Part shown: positions 19,003-28,596 of the stretch, piece by piece
How positions within the stretch are numbered: the stretch's first letter is position 1
How the letters are laid out: every line of letters starts with the position of its first letter
Virus record (IMG/VR): IMGVR_UViG_3300005805_000064
Coordinates: 21,268 to 85,267 of that record
Length of the DNA: 64,000 bases
From: a virus
Lineage: Duplodnaviria; Caudoviricetes
Reading direction: 5' to 3' (one strand)
The notes under the pieces: model-generated
The model's database searches: none
The model's input: only the letters and a program-made list of their open reading frames with translations
Told to the model about the DNA's origin: nothing
Position numbers and translations under genes: made by a program

Positions 19003-20177
19003 AATATTTCACCTAATTCTGGTATGTAATCTTTATAACTTAAGTTTCTTGCTTTGTCTACTGCGTTGATAAACTGGCTTGCTTTCGTTAATAGTTTAGG
19101 ATCATGCTCGACCTGCAACTTAGCATACAATTCATTACGCTGCCAGTCATGTAATTTATCAACATAATAATCCTTGACTTTCTGTTTGTAACTCTCTGGT
19201 AATGCAGCGAGGCTCAGATAGTCTGGATACAATACATAATTGTGATGCGGAATCTTGTTGTAATTTTTCTCTAACCAAGTATTTAATGTATCCAATGTCA
19301 GTATGTTTAATATGCTCACAGTCTGTGTGACATGCCAATATACATTGCTTACTTTGTTTAATTTCTCAATGCTAGTAACTGTCTCATCCCACTGTGTAGG
19401 ATATCTGATATAATAGTTTCTAATATCATAATCGTCTATACTTGCGTTGACTGTTACCTTCATGAATGACTTCCACAATTCTATCAGATTGTCAGGAATA
19501 TCCATCATGTTTAGGCTATATACAAGATGCACTTTTTTGCTTGTGCCGTTATTGATTAGATTTTCTAAGTAGCGATAATGTGCTTTGATCAATGTTGGCT
19601 CGCCACCATTGATATAAATCTCTTCTACGCCTTCGCTATATTTCGTCAACTCGTCATAGAACTCAGGATCTTCGAACCATTTAAAGTTCTCTACAGGTCT
19701 AAGTTTGAACCAGGGTAGTTCTCGGGCTATCTTCTTTTCATCTGGATACCACTTACTGCTGCTGTAACTATTGCAAGTCAAACAGGCATTATTACATACA
19801 TTGCCTAATCTTAATTCAATATAACGATAATTAGGACGCTTGATGTATGCTGTCTTTTCTAATTCTTCTATGATATGTGCCCAACGCTCATTCTCATATT
19901 GTCTTTTACTTTTTAAACCTTTATCTTCATCGCTCCAGCATCCTTCACATTCTACTGGGCGTTTGCCATCTATCATGGCTTGACGCACTTCTATAAACTT
20001 CTTGCTATTGATGATATCATTTAAACTGCTATCATCTAATAGTGCGAGGCTTTCAGTATTGTCTTTCTTTGCCCAACTGATAGCGTTATTGTGGTTGCTG
20101 CGGCAGCACAGGCTACACCCACCGTTTGGGTGGGTAGCAAGATGCATCCAAGGCAATACACATAATGTATTAGACAT
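18999..20177 (-). CDS. Radical SAM protein with N-terminal twitch-like module (subfamily B). Probable start is MSNTLC at 20177 (track start 20210).
   Basis: CVLPW...SLCC and CEGCW, then CNNACLTC, NGGEPT and SIDD. The 20177 start gives a short 8-nt overlap with the upstream SDR. Confidence 0.88.
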   Translation of the reverse strand: MSNTLCVLPWMHLATHPNGGCSLCCRSNHNNAISWAKKDNTESLALLDDSSLNDIINSKKFIEVRQAMIDGKRPVECEGCWSDEDKGLKSKRQYENERWAHIIEELEKTAYIKRPNYRYIELRLGNVCNNACLTCNSYSSSKWYPDEKKIARELPWFKLRPVENFKWFEDPEFYDELTKYSEGVEEIYINGGEPTLIKAHYRYLENLINNGTSKKVHLVYSLNMMDIPDNLIELWKSFMKVTVNASIDDYDIRNYYIRYPTQWDETVTSIEKLNKVSNVYWHVTQTVSILNILTLDTLNTWLEKNYNKIPHHNYVLYPDYLSLAALPESYKQKVKDYYVDKLHDWQRNELYAKLQVEHDPKLLTKASQFINAVDKARNLSYKDYIPELGEIL

Positions 20178-20853
20178 ATTTGATTGATATCTCAGAAGGC
20201 GGATTTTCAAATCCTTTTAATTGCGCTACGATTTTCCCATTGAATTTATCATCATGATTAATAATGTGATCATATAGGTTAGTTAAAGCCTGACCATATA
20301 ATACGGGATCATTATAGATAAAAAATGGACATACTGCGCTAAAGGTGACTTTTTTAGTTCTTGACCTTGCCATGCTAGTCATTAAATGTGTAGCAAATGA
20401 TTTTCCTGCAGGATATCCCACACCTGCACCAAAATGATTTCTTTCATATTCAAAGGCCATACTTGAACTCATGAATACTACCTTGCTGCCTTCTGTCAGA
20501 TTGTTATATAATACTGAAATTATTAAATGCGGTAGTATGACATGAGCAGTCATAGTTTGACTATATCTACTGACTACAGGCTCCGAAAACAATTGATCTA
20601 CTGTGTCCGGGTATCCAGCACCGTTTTGGTTAAATAAAATCAAGTCTATACTAGGCATATCTATTGTAATTTGTTGAACAATAGATTTAGTATTTTCAGT
20701 GTTATTATAATCTATAACCCTGTCATCAGTATTTCCGGTATTATGATCACGGTGTGATAATACAATCACACGATGTCCGTTTGCTCTGGCTTTTTTAACA
20801 AAATCGTTTCCGAATTTTCCCGGGGTGCCGCCACCTAAAACAACTATATTCAT
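20170..20853 (-). CDS. Short-chain dehydrogenase/reductase (Rossmann fold)-like protein
   Basis: N-terminal IVVLGGGTPGKFG, LILFNQNGAG (NAG-like), VVFMSS and YPAGKS (YxxxK). Confidence 0.7.
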   Translation of the reverse strand: MNIVVLGGGTPGKFGNDFVKKARANGHRVIVLSHRDHNTGNTDDRVIDYNNTENTKSIVQQITIDMPSIDLILFNQNGAGYPDTVDQLFSEPVVSRYSQTMTAHVILPHLIISVLYNNLTEGSKVVFMSSSMAFEYERNHFGAGVGYPAGKSFATHLMTSMARSRTKKVTFSAVCPFFIYNDPVLYGQALTNLYDHIINHDDKFNGKIVAQLKGFENPPSEISIKYV

Positions 20854-22247
20854 ATATTATCCCACCATTGTAGTAATTTTGCATTTCTGCTATAGATATC
20901 ACGCAATGTCAACTTAGCATCGCGGATTTGTTCTAATCTGTGTACCCATCCTTTACCATTCTTTGCTGCTTGCCTGAATGTATCGGGCCATTCTTCTTCG
21001 TGCGTCTTTCTAGTGTTCTTCAATGCTTCTAAGTTTGCGATCAATGTGCCATGACGCCATTCGTCTGCTCTAGGTCTGATATATTCAAGTATATCGTCAC
21101 ATACTTCATTCAATACTTCTCTAGGCCAACTAGTCGGGCTCCACATGATATCAGGATGGAATGCGAATGTGATCTTTGTCTCAATCTTGACACCTAGTTC
21201 ATTGCTCAAATCAAACAAGTCTTTTAGTGAGAACATGCCCGGTGCTGTGATAGTCAAATCAAGAACCATCTTTTGTCTTCCGCCGGGTAATTCACATCCA
21301 CGCTTGAAATTCTCAAGCCATTTATCCCACTTGATACCTGTGCGTATATACTCAACGATATCACCAGTGCCGTCGATGCTTGCGCACATCATCCAGTCTT
21401 TGAAGTGCGGTAGATAATCATATAGATTCTTAGTTCCAAATTGAACACGGCTCAAGTTACTGTTATATCTTAGATAGCAATTCTTTGCGCTACCATTGCG
21501 TAGCATCTCTTCTAATGTCCACCAATGCACATCGTACATCAATGGCTCACCACCTACCCAATACATTTCTTCAACTATGCCGCGACTGACAGCATCACGG
21601 AACTCTGGTTCTACTACTTCTGTCTGAAACTTCTCCATAGCATTCTTGATTTCTGGTACCATGAATGGTTGATGCTTAGGAGTCCACATATTGTGAATCT
21701 TCTTTTCAGTTTCCCATGTTGAACTTAATTGCTCACCACACATGCGGCACTTGAAATTGCATAGATTGCTGAAACGATAATCGAATGATATAGGTTCCAT
21801 AGTAGTGTAGCCTGTGTCATCTGTCTTATCAAATGCTTCTTGTATCTTATGTTTGAACAATGTGCCTGTGAACCAACCACGATAACTATGACCTTCCATC
21901 AATAGATTCTTATTGCATACATCACACTGTGGAATCTCTTCTCCGCGCATGAGTTTGACACGGATATCACGCATGTATTCACTGTTCCAATGTTCTTTTA
22001 ATGACAATGGTTTATACTTATCTACGGATGTCTCGCTATCCTTTGTCTTGCCATAGCGTTCATCATTGCTGCTGTCGATATATTGTTTTTGGAAACTATG
22101 TTCTTCTCTGCTTGCGCAACATAGTCTGCGTTCGCTTTGAGGGCTTATATAGGTATGCGTCCATGGAGCCATGCAAAAGACTTTATTTTGACTGTCTTTT
22201 GCAGGCTTCGCATCATCTCCCCATATAGGAATTATTTTGTTGTCCAT
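20850..22247 (-). CDS. Radical SAM protein with N-terminal twitch-like module (subfamily B)
   Basis: CMAPW...RRLCC and CDVC, then CNFKCRMC, VGGEPL and SIDG. Confidence 0.9.
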   Translation of the reverse strand: MDNKIIPIWGDDAKPAKDSQNKVFCMAPWTHTYISPQSERRLCCASREEHSFQKQYIDSSNDERYGKTKDSETSVDKYKPLSLKEHWNSEYMRDIRVKLMRGEEIPQCDVCNKNLLMEGHSYRGWFTGTLFKHKIQEAFDKTDDTGYTTMEPISFDYRFSNLCNFKCRMCGEQLSSTWETEKKIHNMWTPKHQPFMVPEIKNAMEKFQTEVVEPEFRDAVSRGIVEEMYWVGGEPLMYDVHWWTLEEMLRNGSAKNCYLRYNSNLSRVQFGTKNLYDYLPHFKDWMMCASIDGTGDIVEYIRTGIKWDKWLENFKRGCELPGGRQKMVLDLTITAPGMFSLKDLFDLSNELGVKIETKITFAFHPDIMWSPTSWPREVLNEVCDDILEYIRPRADEWRHGTLIANLEALKNTRKTHEEEWPDTFRQAAKNGKGWVHRLEQIRDAKLTLRDIYSRNAKLLQWWDNI

Positions 22248-22972
22248 TGTAGTTCTCGTAGTTTAGGTAATACTAAATGATTTACTATAGATTGGTGCCC
22301 TTCAATAGTAGGATGAGTAGTCTGATCGTACTGATTAATATCTAACACATATTGATCTATACCATATGCTTTGCCATTTCTTTTATATGCGACAATTTCA
22401 CAGTTAATAGGAAATTCTGAAAAATCAATGTCGTCAGCAGTAGCATTATTATGCAACCCCAGCAAAAACAGAAATTTGTTATTACCTGTTTTAAATGCTT
22501 CTGATAGCAAGTTCGTTTGAAAAGATAAAAATCTAGCATTATCTTGCCAAGAGGTATTTACCTCATGAGGCCATATATCTGCAATCCATCGATAGTGTGT
22601 CTTAAAACCTGACAAAACATATTTTCTTCCATATATCTCATGAGTTTTTAACGGCATATCTTCGGTTGATTCTAGATACTTGAATAGATCGTATGCTTTA
22701 AAAAAATCATAACCGTGCGTCCCGGAAGTAATATCCAAATCTTCTCTTCTTATATGGGTAGATTGAAATATTATCAGACAATTTTCAAAAGTTATTTTTT
22801 CATAAGCCCAAATAGCATAAAAATTGTTTAGTATAGTTTTATTAGATGCCCCGGGAACAGTGAACTTCACTAATGATTTGCCTAACAAATTAGATAGGTA
22901 ATCAGCCCAACTCAATTTGTAGTCAGTAAAACTATCACCTATCGCAACAATAGTGTCTCTAATCAATCTCAT
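22232..22972 (-). CDS. SGNH hydrolase-like protein
   Basis: VAIGDSFT, VPGASN and C-terminal DQTTHPTIEGH. Confidence 0.7.
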   Translation of the reverse strand: MRLIRDTIVAIGDSFTDYKLSWADYLSNLLGKSLVKFTVPGASNKTILNNFYAIWAYEKITFENCLIIFQSTHIRREDLDITSGTHGYDFFKAYDLFKYLESTEDMPLKTHEIYGRKYVLSGFKTHYRWIADIWPHEVNTSWQDNARFLSFQTNLLSEAFKTGNNKFLFLLGLHNNATADDIDFSEFPINCEIVAYKRNGKAYGIDQYVLDINQYDQTTHPTIEGHQSIVNHLVLPKLRELQWTTK

Positions 22973-24195
22973 AAATTAATACCTGAATTTGAATATAGAC
23001 TTAAATCCGTACTGTACATCTCTTTATAATTTTTACCCCAGTTATCTTTATTATATCCATATTGCGACATTAAATCTGCCCATTCCGGAAAAACATCTAG
23101 GAAAGATTCGCGCCGCCTGATATCAAATTTCATCAAATGATTTATTGCTATAGGCATGAGATTAGTCCAATCTTTACTGAACATATAATTAATCATACCA
23201 TCGACATCACCTTTATCATGCCACACTCTAGTTTTCATTTCTTGCAAATATTTCGCTGCCTTTTCTTTTTCATGTTGTGGTAATACATGCAGCGTATATT
23301 CTTTAGAATACACTACCGTATTATTGTACATTCCTTTAGGATCTATCGCATATAATTCTTCTAACAAATCACCCCATTTATATAATATGGGCCAAGCAAT
23401 AGTAGTGATGTAAGTTCTTTTTATAGGTAAATCGGCATCTCTGACTAATTTAATATTCTGTATAATGTCATTCCAATCAGTACCGTAGCGCCAATAACCA
23501 TGACCGGGGCCCGCAGCATCGACACTCATTCTAAAATCTATTTCATCAAAATGTTTCCATTTATCAAAAATATGTTGACCTTTAAAAGTCAACTGACTTA
23601 CATTAGAATAATAATTTAATTTAGGTTTGTATCCATTCTTAATAAAGAAATCAAGCAACTCCCAATGTTGCCAATGCAATAATGGTTCGCCGCCGCTAAA
23701 TGTTATTCTTCGTATTGTGTGAGCATGTTTTTTAACTTGATCTAAAACAAAACCCTCATATGGACCCGGTGTTCTGTGTACTTCATATGTATGATTATCT
23801 TTTTCTTCATACATCTTGTTTTCATGTGCTATTCGTGAACTTACATGATCGTAGCAAATTCTGCACTTTGAGTTACACAAATTAGAAAATCTAACCTCTA
23901 CATGATGTATTTCATCTTTATAATATACATCCTCTTCAAAATGATTTACTTTGTCTTTGCGTTCACTGCCTAAACCCATATCTTCAAGATAATAACAGGC
24001 ATTGCAGCGGCTAGGACGCTCATCTCTTAGATGTTGCTCTCTTAATTCTTTTAAGAAAGGGTCGGCACGGTATTCATCTATAGTGATGGTGTCTTTATTT
24101 GTTGTTATGAAAGGACATATACCTACGGTTCCTGCCATAGAATAATGTATTGCCCCGAAAGGCATAGGGCAACGATTTTTATATTCTGTAGTCAT
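22969..24195 (-). CDS. Radical SAM protein with N-terminal twitch-like module (subfamily B-like)
   Basis: CPMPF...GICP and CNACY, then CNSKCRIC, SGGEPL and SVDA. Confidence 0.9.
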   Translation of the reverse strand: MTTEYKNRCPMPFGAIHYSMAGTVGICPFITTNKDTITIDEYRADPFLKELREQHLRDERPSRCNACYYLEDMGLGSERKDKVNHFEEDVYYKDEIHHVEVRFSNLCNSKCRICYDHVSSRIAHENKMYEEKDNHTYEVHRTPGPYEGFVLDQVKKHAHTIRRITFSGGEPLLHWQHWELLDFFIKNGYKPKLNYYSNVSQLTFKGQHIFDKWKHFDEIDFRMSVDAAGPGHGYWRYGTDWNDIIQNIKLVRDADLPIKRTYITTIAWPILYKWGDLLEELYAIDPKGMYNNTVVYSKEYTLHVLPQHEKEKAAKYLQEMKTRVWHDKGDVDGMINYMFSKDWTNLMPIAINHLMKFDIRRRESFLDVFPEWADLMSQYGYNKDNWGKNYKEMYSTDLSLYSNSGINL

Positions 24196-25724
24196 TATAG
24201 ATCAGGATTTACGAACACTTCCTTGCTAGGATCTTCAGGTGGATGTTCTGGTACTAAGTCCATTCCTTCACGATAATTACCTGTTATGATCTCTGCGCTA
24301 GTAGGTACTTCAGTGTCGATGCTATCAAACCAGGCTACGAATTCTTCTGGGAAAGTCTCACGGAAGTTCTTAGCACGGCGCACATCATACTGACTATAGA
24401 ATTGCTTGAAGTCACGCTTGTTCTGCTCAGGGTCCTTGACATTCTTGTGTGGAGTCTTGATGACGTCAAGATAATCGATCAAACGCTGAGTCTGCTCACG
24501 CTCAATAGCAGTCAATAATGGTTCACCGTTACTAGTCTTCTCATTCAAGTGTATATAATGGTTCAACCACTTCTGCAACTTGTCGCTATACTTCTGACGA
24601 ATATCCATTGGCAACATCGCGCAACTCTGGAAACTTGGGAAACGCAAGATATTCAAACTCATTGTTGGATATGTTGAGTCGTGCTTGCGCTTGAAGTTCA
24701 TGATCTCTGTCATGAATTCTGTGATGCTTGACAAGCACAAACTATTGATAGTCATCATGATATGTGTGCGCTTGACATTACCTTCAGTATGCAATCTTTC
24801 AAGATTGCGCAACCATATATCCCAATTAAATCCATCACGGATGTATTCAGCATGTTTACCTACTGCTTCACAACTTGTATACACTTCAAGCCATGGCACA
24901 TAGTGACTCAATTCTATGAAACGATCCATGATATCATCTTTAGGTACGAGGTTGCTATTGATAGCATAACGCATGACCTTACCGTCTGGGCGATTCTTTA
25001 CACGCTCTTGGTTAGCCTTGAACCATTCGAATAGTTTCCATACACCTGCAGCCATTAATGGCTCACCGCCTGTGATACGAATCTCTTCAAGGTTATCAGC
25101 GAGGCCGTTCTCTTGTTCCCACCAGCGCCAGAACGCTTGTGTGTATGGGTTAACTTCATCCGGCAATGGCTTTGCGTGATCTGCCTTGTTGATGAAGTGA
25201 CTACGGGCATCACCGTTGATGTTACGATATGGACCAAACTTGACGATATCCTTTACCCATGTAGTGCTAAAACTTGGGTTGCAATATGAACATGCGAAAT
25301 TACAAGTTCTGTCGAATGCGATCTCAAGTGTACGCAACATAGTGTTTTCTTGCCAGTCTGCTTTAGCAGTCTGTGCGATATACTCTTCCTGGTGTACGGC
25401 AGTCTTGTATACACGGTCTGAGATAGAACCGCGACCCAAGTCTTCGATCTTCCAGCAATACTCACATTCTTGAGGACGAGTGCCTTCCTGCATCATCTTA
25501 CGCATCAATTTCTTATGCGGGGTGTTGTGAATAGCAGTTGGATTATCTTTTAATTCGTTAGCATCGATCTGGTGTCCCAATGGGTGGTGACAACTTGCTG
25601 TCTGGCCGTTACCCAACCAAATAGTAGCATTTAGCCACTTGGCTGCACAATAACTGTCACTAACGATGTCGATGACTCGTTTCTTATAATCTGCGTATGT
25701 TTCGTCTGGTCTTTTTCCTGCCAT
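24195..25724 (-). CDS. Radical SAM protein with N-terminal twitch-like module (subfamily A)
   Basis: CAAKW...SCHHP and CEYCW, then CNFACSYC and TGGEPL. GAGGA Shine-Dalgarno upstream. Confidence 0.9.
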   Translation of the reverse strand: MAGKRPDETYADYKKRVIDIVSDSYCAAKWLNATIWLGNGQTASCHHPLGHQIDANELKDNPTAIHNTPHKKLMRKMMQEGTRPQECEYCWKIEDLGRGSISDRVYKTAVHQEEYIAQTAKADWQENTMLRTLEIAFDRTCNFACSYCNPSFSTTWVKDIVKFGPYRNINGDARSHFINKADHAKPLPDEVNPYTQAFWRWWEQENGLADNLEEIRITGGEPLMAAGVWKLFEWFKANQERVKNRPDGKVMRYAINSNLVPKDDIMDRFIELSHYVPWLEVYTSCEAVGKHAEYIRDGFNWDIWLRNLERLHTEGNVKRTHIMMTINSLCLSSITEFMTEIMNFKRKHDSTYPTMSLNILRFPSFQSCAMLPMDIRQKYSDKLQKWLNHYIHLNEKTSNGEPLLTAIEREQTQRLIDYLDVIKTPHKNVKDPEQNKRDFKQFYSQYDVRRAKNFRETFPEEFVAWFDSIDTEVPTSAEIITGNYREGMDLVPEHPPEDPSKEVFVNPDL

Positions 25725-25731
25725 ATATTCC

Positions 25732-27297
25732 TCAATTTTGTGTATATTCTTTCACGCACTCTTTCCAGTAATTCTTAAACTCCGGGAAGGTGAGTAGGAA
25801 ATTAGTGCCCCGTCTTTTATCGAACTCTTTAATGAAAAGATAGAAATTCTTCTTATTTATTGACTTTTGATTTTGGGGCAAAGATTCCTTCATCACAGCC
25901 AAATCTCGCTTGACTTTGAGTATCTCGTAGGGCTTGAAACCCTCGAATGTCTCTAAGTAGTCATCTCCCTGCACATTGTCTTCCATGAACTTCAAACAAC
26001 GCTCTACTTCTTGTATCTCTTTCTCGGTAGCATTAGTCACGCTGAACCAAGGCGGGAAACGCAAGATAGGAATGTCAAAGAACACACGCTGGAACTTTTT
26101 CTGCGTGTAGACTTTGTGAACGATACCATGCTTCTTTTCTTCTTCCGTTTGCTCAGGACTGATAGTGAACTCAGTCTGCGCACGACCGCCGAACTCACGG
26201 CGTAGTTCCAATATCATCTCAAGGAACTTGTGTAAACTAGGTATGCTCAACAAGTTAAAGGTATTGATGAAACTCACAGTAGTGTACTTTGTCTCACGCA
26301 AGAAGGTTCTGATGTTGTTCAACATCCTATCATATTCTAGACCTGTGCGCATATACTCTGCTTGAGGGCCCACTCCGTCTAGTGACACGAATAGCCAGAA
26401 ATGCTTGAAACCTTTATCTACATACCAATGATTACCGCTGAACTCATTGAAGTTTTCCTTGTCTTCATATGTGCGCAACTCTTCGATAGCCTTGACTTTT
26501 TCTAGGAACTTATCAAATAGTTTCTGATCGGGTGGGCACATGTTGCTGGTTATGCTCAACTCAAGTTGTCCATGAGGATTCTTGTTGACATAATCAAGCA
26601 CTTTGAATGTGTTCTTGTCCATTAATGGCTCGCCACCTGTCATACGGAACACACGCAACTTTCTATAGATAGTGGGCCACCATTTCCAGAAAGCCTCTAC
26701 ATAAGGATTTTCTTTCTGTGCTACTCTTATGGGCATCAAGCCCTTTTGCTCTAATGATGGTAGATCATTGTGAACATAATTGTCTAACACGAATCCGCCA
26801 TACTTTCGTACTTCTTCTTCCCATGTCGTTGACAAGTGTGGGCTGCAATACATGCATTTGAAATTACATGCTTGATTGAAATTGACTTCTACATATCGGG
26901 GAGTCACATCATAGTCCCAAGGATTACCCGTGACTTCATCGAATGTAGGTGCGTTCCACCATTCGCTACTACGATAGTGACGATCACTTAGATGTCCTTT
27001 AGGATCATCGCTCTGCGCATCTTCTACACGCCAGCAATATGCACAGCCTTCGGGTCTTTTACCCTCAAGCATCATCTTGCGTTCGGCAATCTTTTGTGGT
27101 GTGTTGTGTAATGCGCTTGGTTGCTTTTCTAATAATTCTACAGGTATCTTATGTGTAGGTGGATGATAGCAACTCTGTGTGAGTCCTTGCGGCAAGTGCA
27201 AACTCACTTGCTGCCATTTTGCTAGGCATAAAGAAGGACTGACCGCATTTAAGCGGTCTCGCATGTCCCTAGCAAATTGATCGTATTCGCCTGACAT
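25732..27297 (-). CDS. Radical SAM protein with N-terminal twitch-like module (subfamily A)
   Basis: CLAKW...SCYHPP and CAYCW, then CNFKCMYC, TGGEPL and SLDG. Confidence 0.9.
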   Translation of the reverse strand: MSGEYDQFARDMRDRLNAVSPSLCLAKWQQVSLHLPQGLTQSCYHPPTHKIPVELLEKQPSALHNTPQKIAERKMMLEGKRPEGCAYCWRVEDAQSDDPKGHLSDRHYRSSEWWNAPTFDEVTGNPWDYDVTPRYVEVNFNQACNFKCMYCSPHLSTTWEEEVRKYGGFVLDNYVHNDLPSLEQKGLMPIRVAQKENPYVEAFWKWWPTIYRKLRVFRMTGGEPLMDKNTFKVLDYVNKNPHGQLELSITSNMCPPDQKLFDKFLEKVKAIEELRTYEDKENFNEFSGNHWYVDKGFKHFWLFVSLDGVGPQAEYMRTGLEYDRMLNNIRTFLRETKYTTVSFINTFNLLSIPSLHKFLEMILELRREFGGRAQTEFTISPEQTEEEKKHGIVHKVYTQKKFQRVFFDIPILRFPPWFSVTNATEKEIQEVERCLKFMEDNVQGDDYLETFEGFKPYEILKVKRDLAVMKESLPQNQKSINKKNFYLFIKEFDKRRGTNFLLTFPEFKNYWKECVKEYTQN

Positions 27298-28250
27298 TAC
27301 CAGCCTTCGATCCTTCTGATCACATCCATCTCTGTCACAAGAGGACCAAGATTATGCTTATCAGCATTGTAATGCCTCTTGAAGAATTCGCTTTGCTCTG
27401 CCGATAATGTGCAGATAGGTAAACCTAATTTGAACTTCAGTTGTTCGCCCACTTGTTCCATAGCGTCTTTGGGATCTTTGCCTTCTGCATATTCGTTCCA
27501 CAATGCAGGATAGTTATCGAACCATTGAACATTGCTATGGTCCCAGTCACTTAGCATAGTGAGATATGTTCCCAATCGTGCGCCATACATAGCCCAATAA
27601 CCGTTGTCAACATCTGCGCCTACATTCTGCCATATAGTGAGATTATTGAAGTTACGGCTTGCTACAGAATCTTTAAATTGCTCTACTGTCGGTACTGCGC
27701 CCTTGTTCAAGCACATCTTTACACCTTCACGGAAACCTGCACGCCATGCTTGAAACGGAGTGTAGTTAGGGTATGTAGTTGAATAGCAATCATACATAGC
27801 CCAATATAAACTGTCTTTGCTGTCTAGGCAGAAGTCTGCGATTCGTGATACATCACCTTCAGTCTGATGCTCATGTGTCTTCATCTCACGCACATAAGTC
27901 TTAGTCCAACTGCTCATGCCACCGTTACCATAACGCAAGCCATTGATAGCATTCACTGCCTTCCAACGGAACTGTGCTAACTTATACTTAGGATCTTTAT
28001 CTGTGAAATCGAATTGTATGTTGAAGAACTCAGGTTGCGGCATGTTGTCGCCGTCGATGAGAATAAAGCGTTCAGTATCGCTTGCCTCACCTGCTGCTTT
28101 ATGCGCAGCATCACTACCTTTAACATTATCAACACGCTTTGCCCAAGGAACCATGTTCTGAATCTGCATCCAGAATTCTTCTTTTTGTGGTTCATCATAA
28201 CTCAAGTAAATGCAGTCTAATTCTGCAACATCTACGATATCATAACTCAT
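27297..28250 (-). CDS. GT-A fold glycosyltransferase-like protein, homologous to the C-terminal module of the giant repeat protein
   Basis: DCIYLSYDE (beta1), RVDNVKGSDAAHKAA, FILIDGDN (DxD) and NGLRYGNGG. It aligns by eye with DIVFLSNGE...RVDGVNGRVAAYHAA...NGLVYGHQA at <1-400. Confidence 0.65.
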   Translation of the reverse strand: MSYDIVDVAELDCIYLSYDEPQKEEFWMQIQNMVPWAKRVDNVKGSDAAHKAAGEASDTERFILIDGDNMPQPEFFNIQFDFTDKDPKYKLAQFRWKAVNAINGLRYGNGGMSSWTKTYVREMKTHEHQTEGDVSRIADFCLDSKDSLYWAMYDCYSTTYPNYTPFQAWRAGFREGVKMCLNKGAVPTVEQFKDSVASRNFNNLTIWQNVGADVDNGYWAMYGARLGTYLTMLSDWDHSNVQWFDNYPALWNEYAEGKDPKDAMEQVGEQLKFKLGLPICTLSAEQSEFFKRHYNADKHNLGPLVTEMDVIRRIEGW

Positions 28251-28596
28251 GTGTATGTAACTTCCATTTTTGTTGATCTGTGTAGTCGCTATTTACTACA
28301 ACGCTAATATCTGTTTTTGCAGTGGATTGACCTTCATCAGCAGGCTTTAATTTAGAAAATGTCATGCCAGGTACAATCTTCACTATTTTTCCTTCAATAA
28401 CTCTAATATCATACCGCATCTCTGAAAAGGTATTTTTGTCGATGATGATATAATTTCCTTCCGGCTTATCACAGGTGTAGAAATCTACACTACCATCATC
28501 TCTGTAGTAGAGTCTGAATTCGACGGGTTCCACTATAGTTTCTTCAGCCACTAGATATTCTACCCCGTTTATCTCTATTACTTTAAGTCTTTCCAT
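28240..28596 (-). CDS. Hypothetical protein (118 aa)
   Basis: ORF overlapping both neighbours in the operon. No recognisable motif. Confidence 0.7.
   Translation of the reverse strand: MERLKVIEINGVEYLVAEETIVEPVEFRLYYRDDGSVDFYTCDKPEGNYIIIDKNTFSEMRYDIRVIEGKIVKIVPGMTFSKLKPADEGQSTAKTDISVVVNSDYTDQQKWKLHTHEL

Noticed and set aside
9596-27297. Labelling the rSAMs as moaA, queE, nrdG or anSME, or as a 7-deazaguanine pathway
   Set aside because: None of the partner genes (queC/queD/folE/dpdA, nrdD, sulfatases, moaC) is present, and the N-terminal twitch architecture does not match those families. Gene symbols were left blank.
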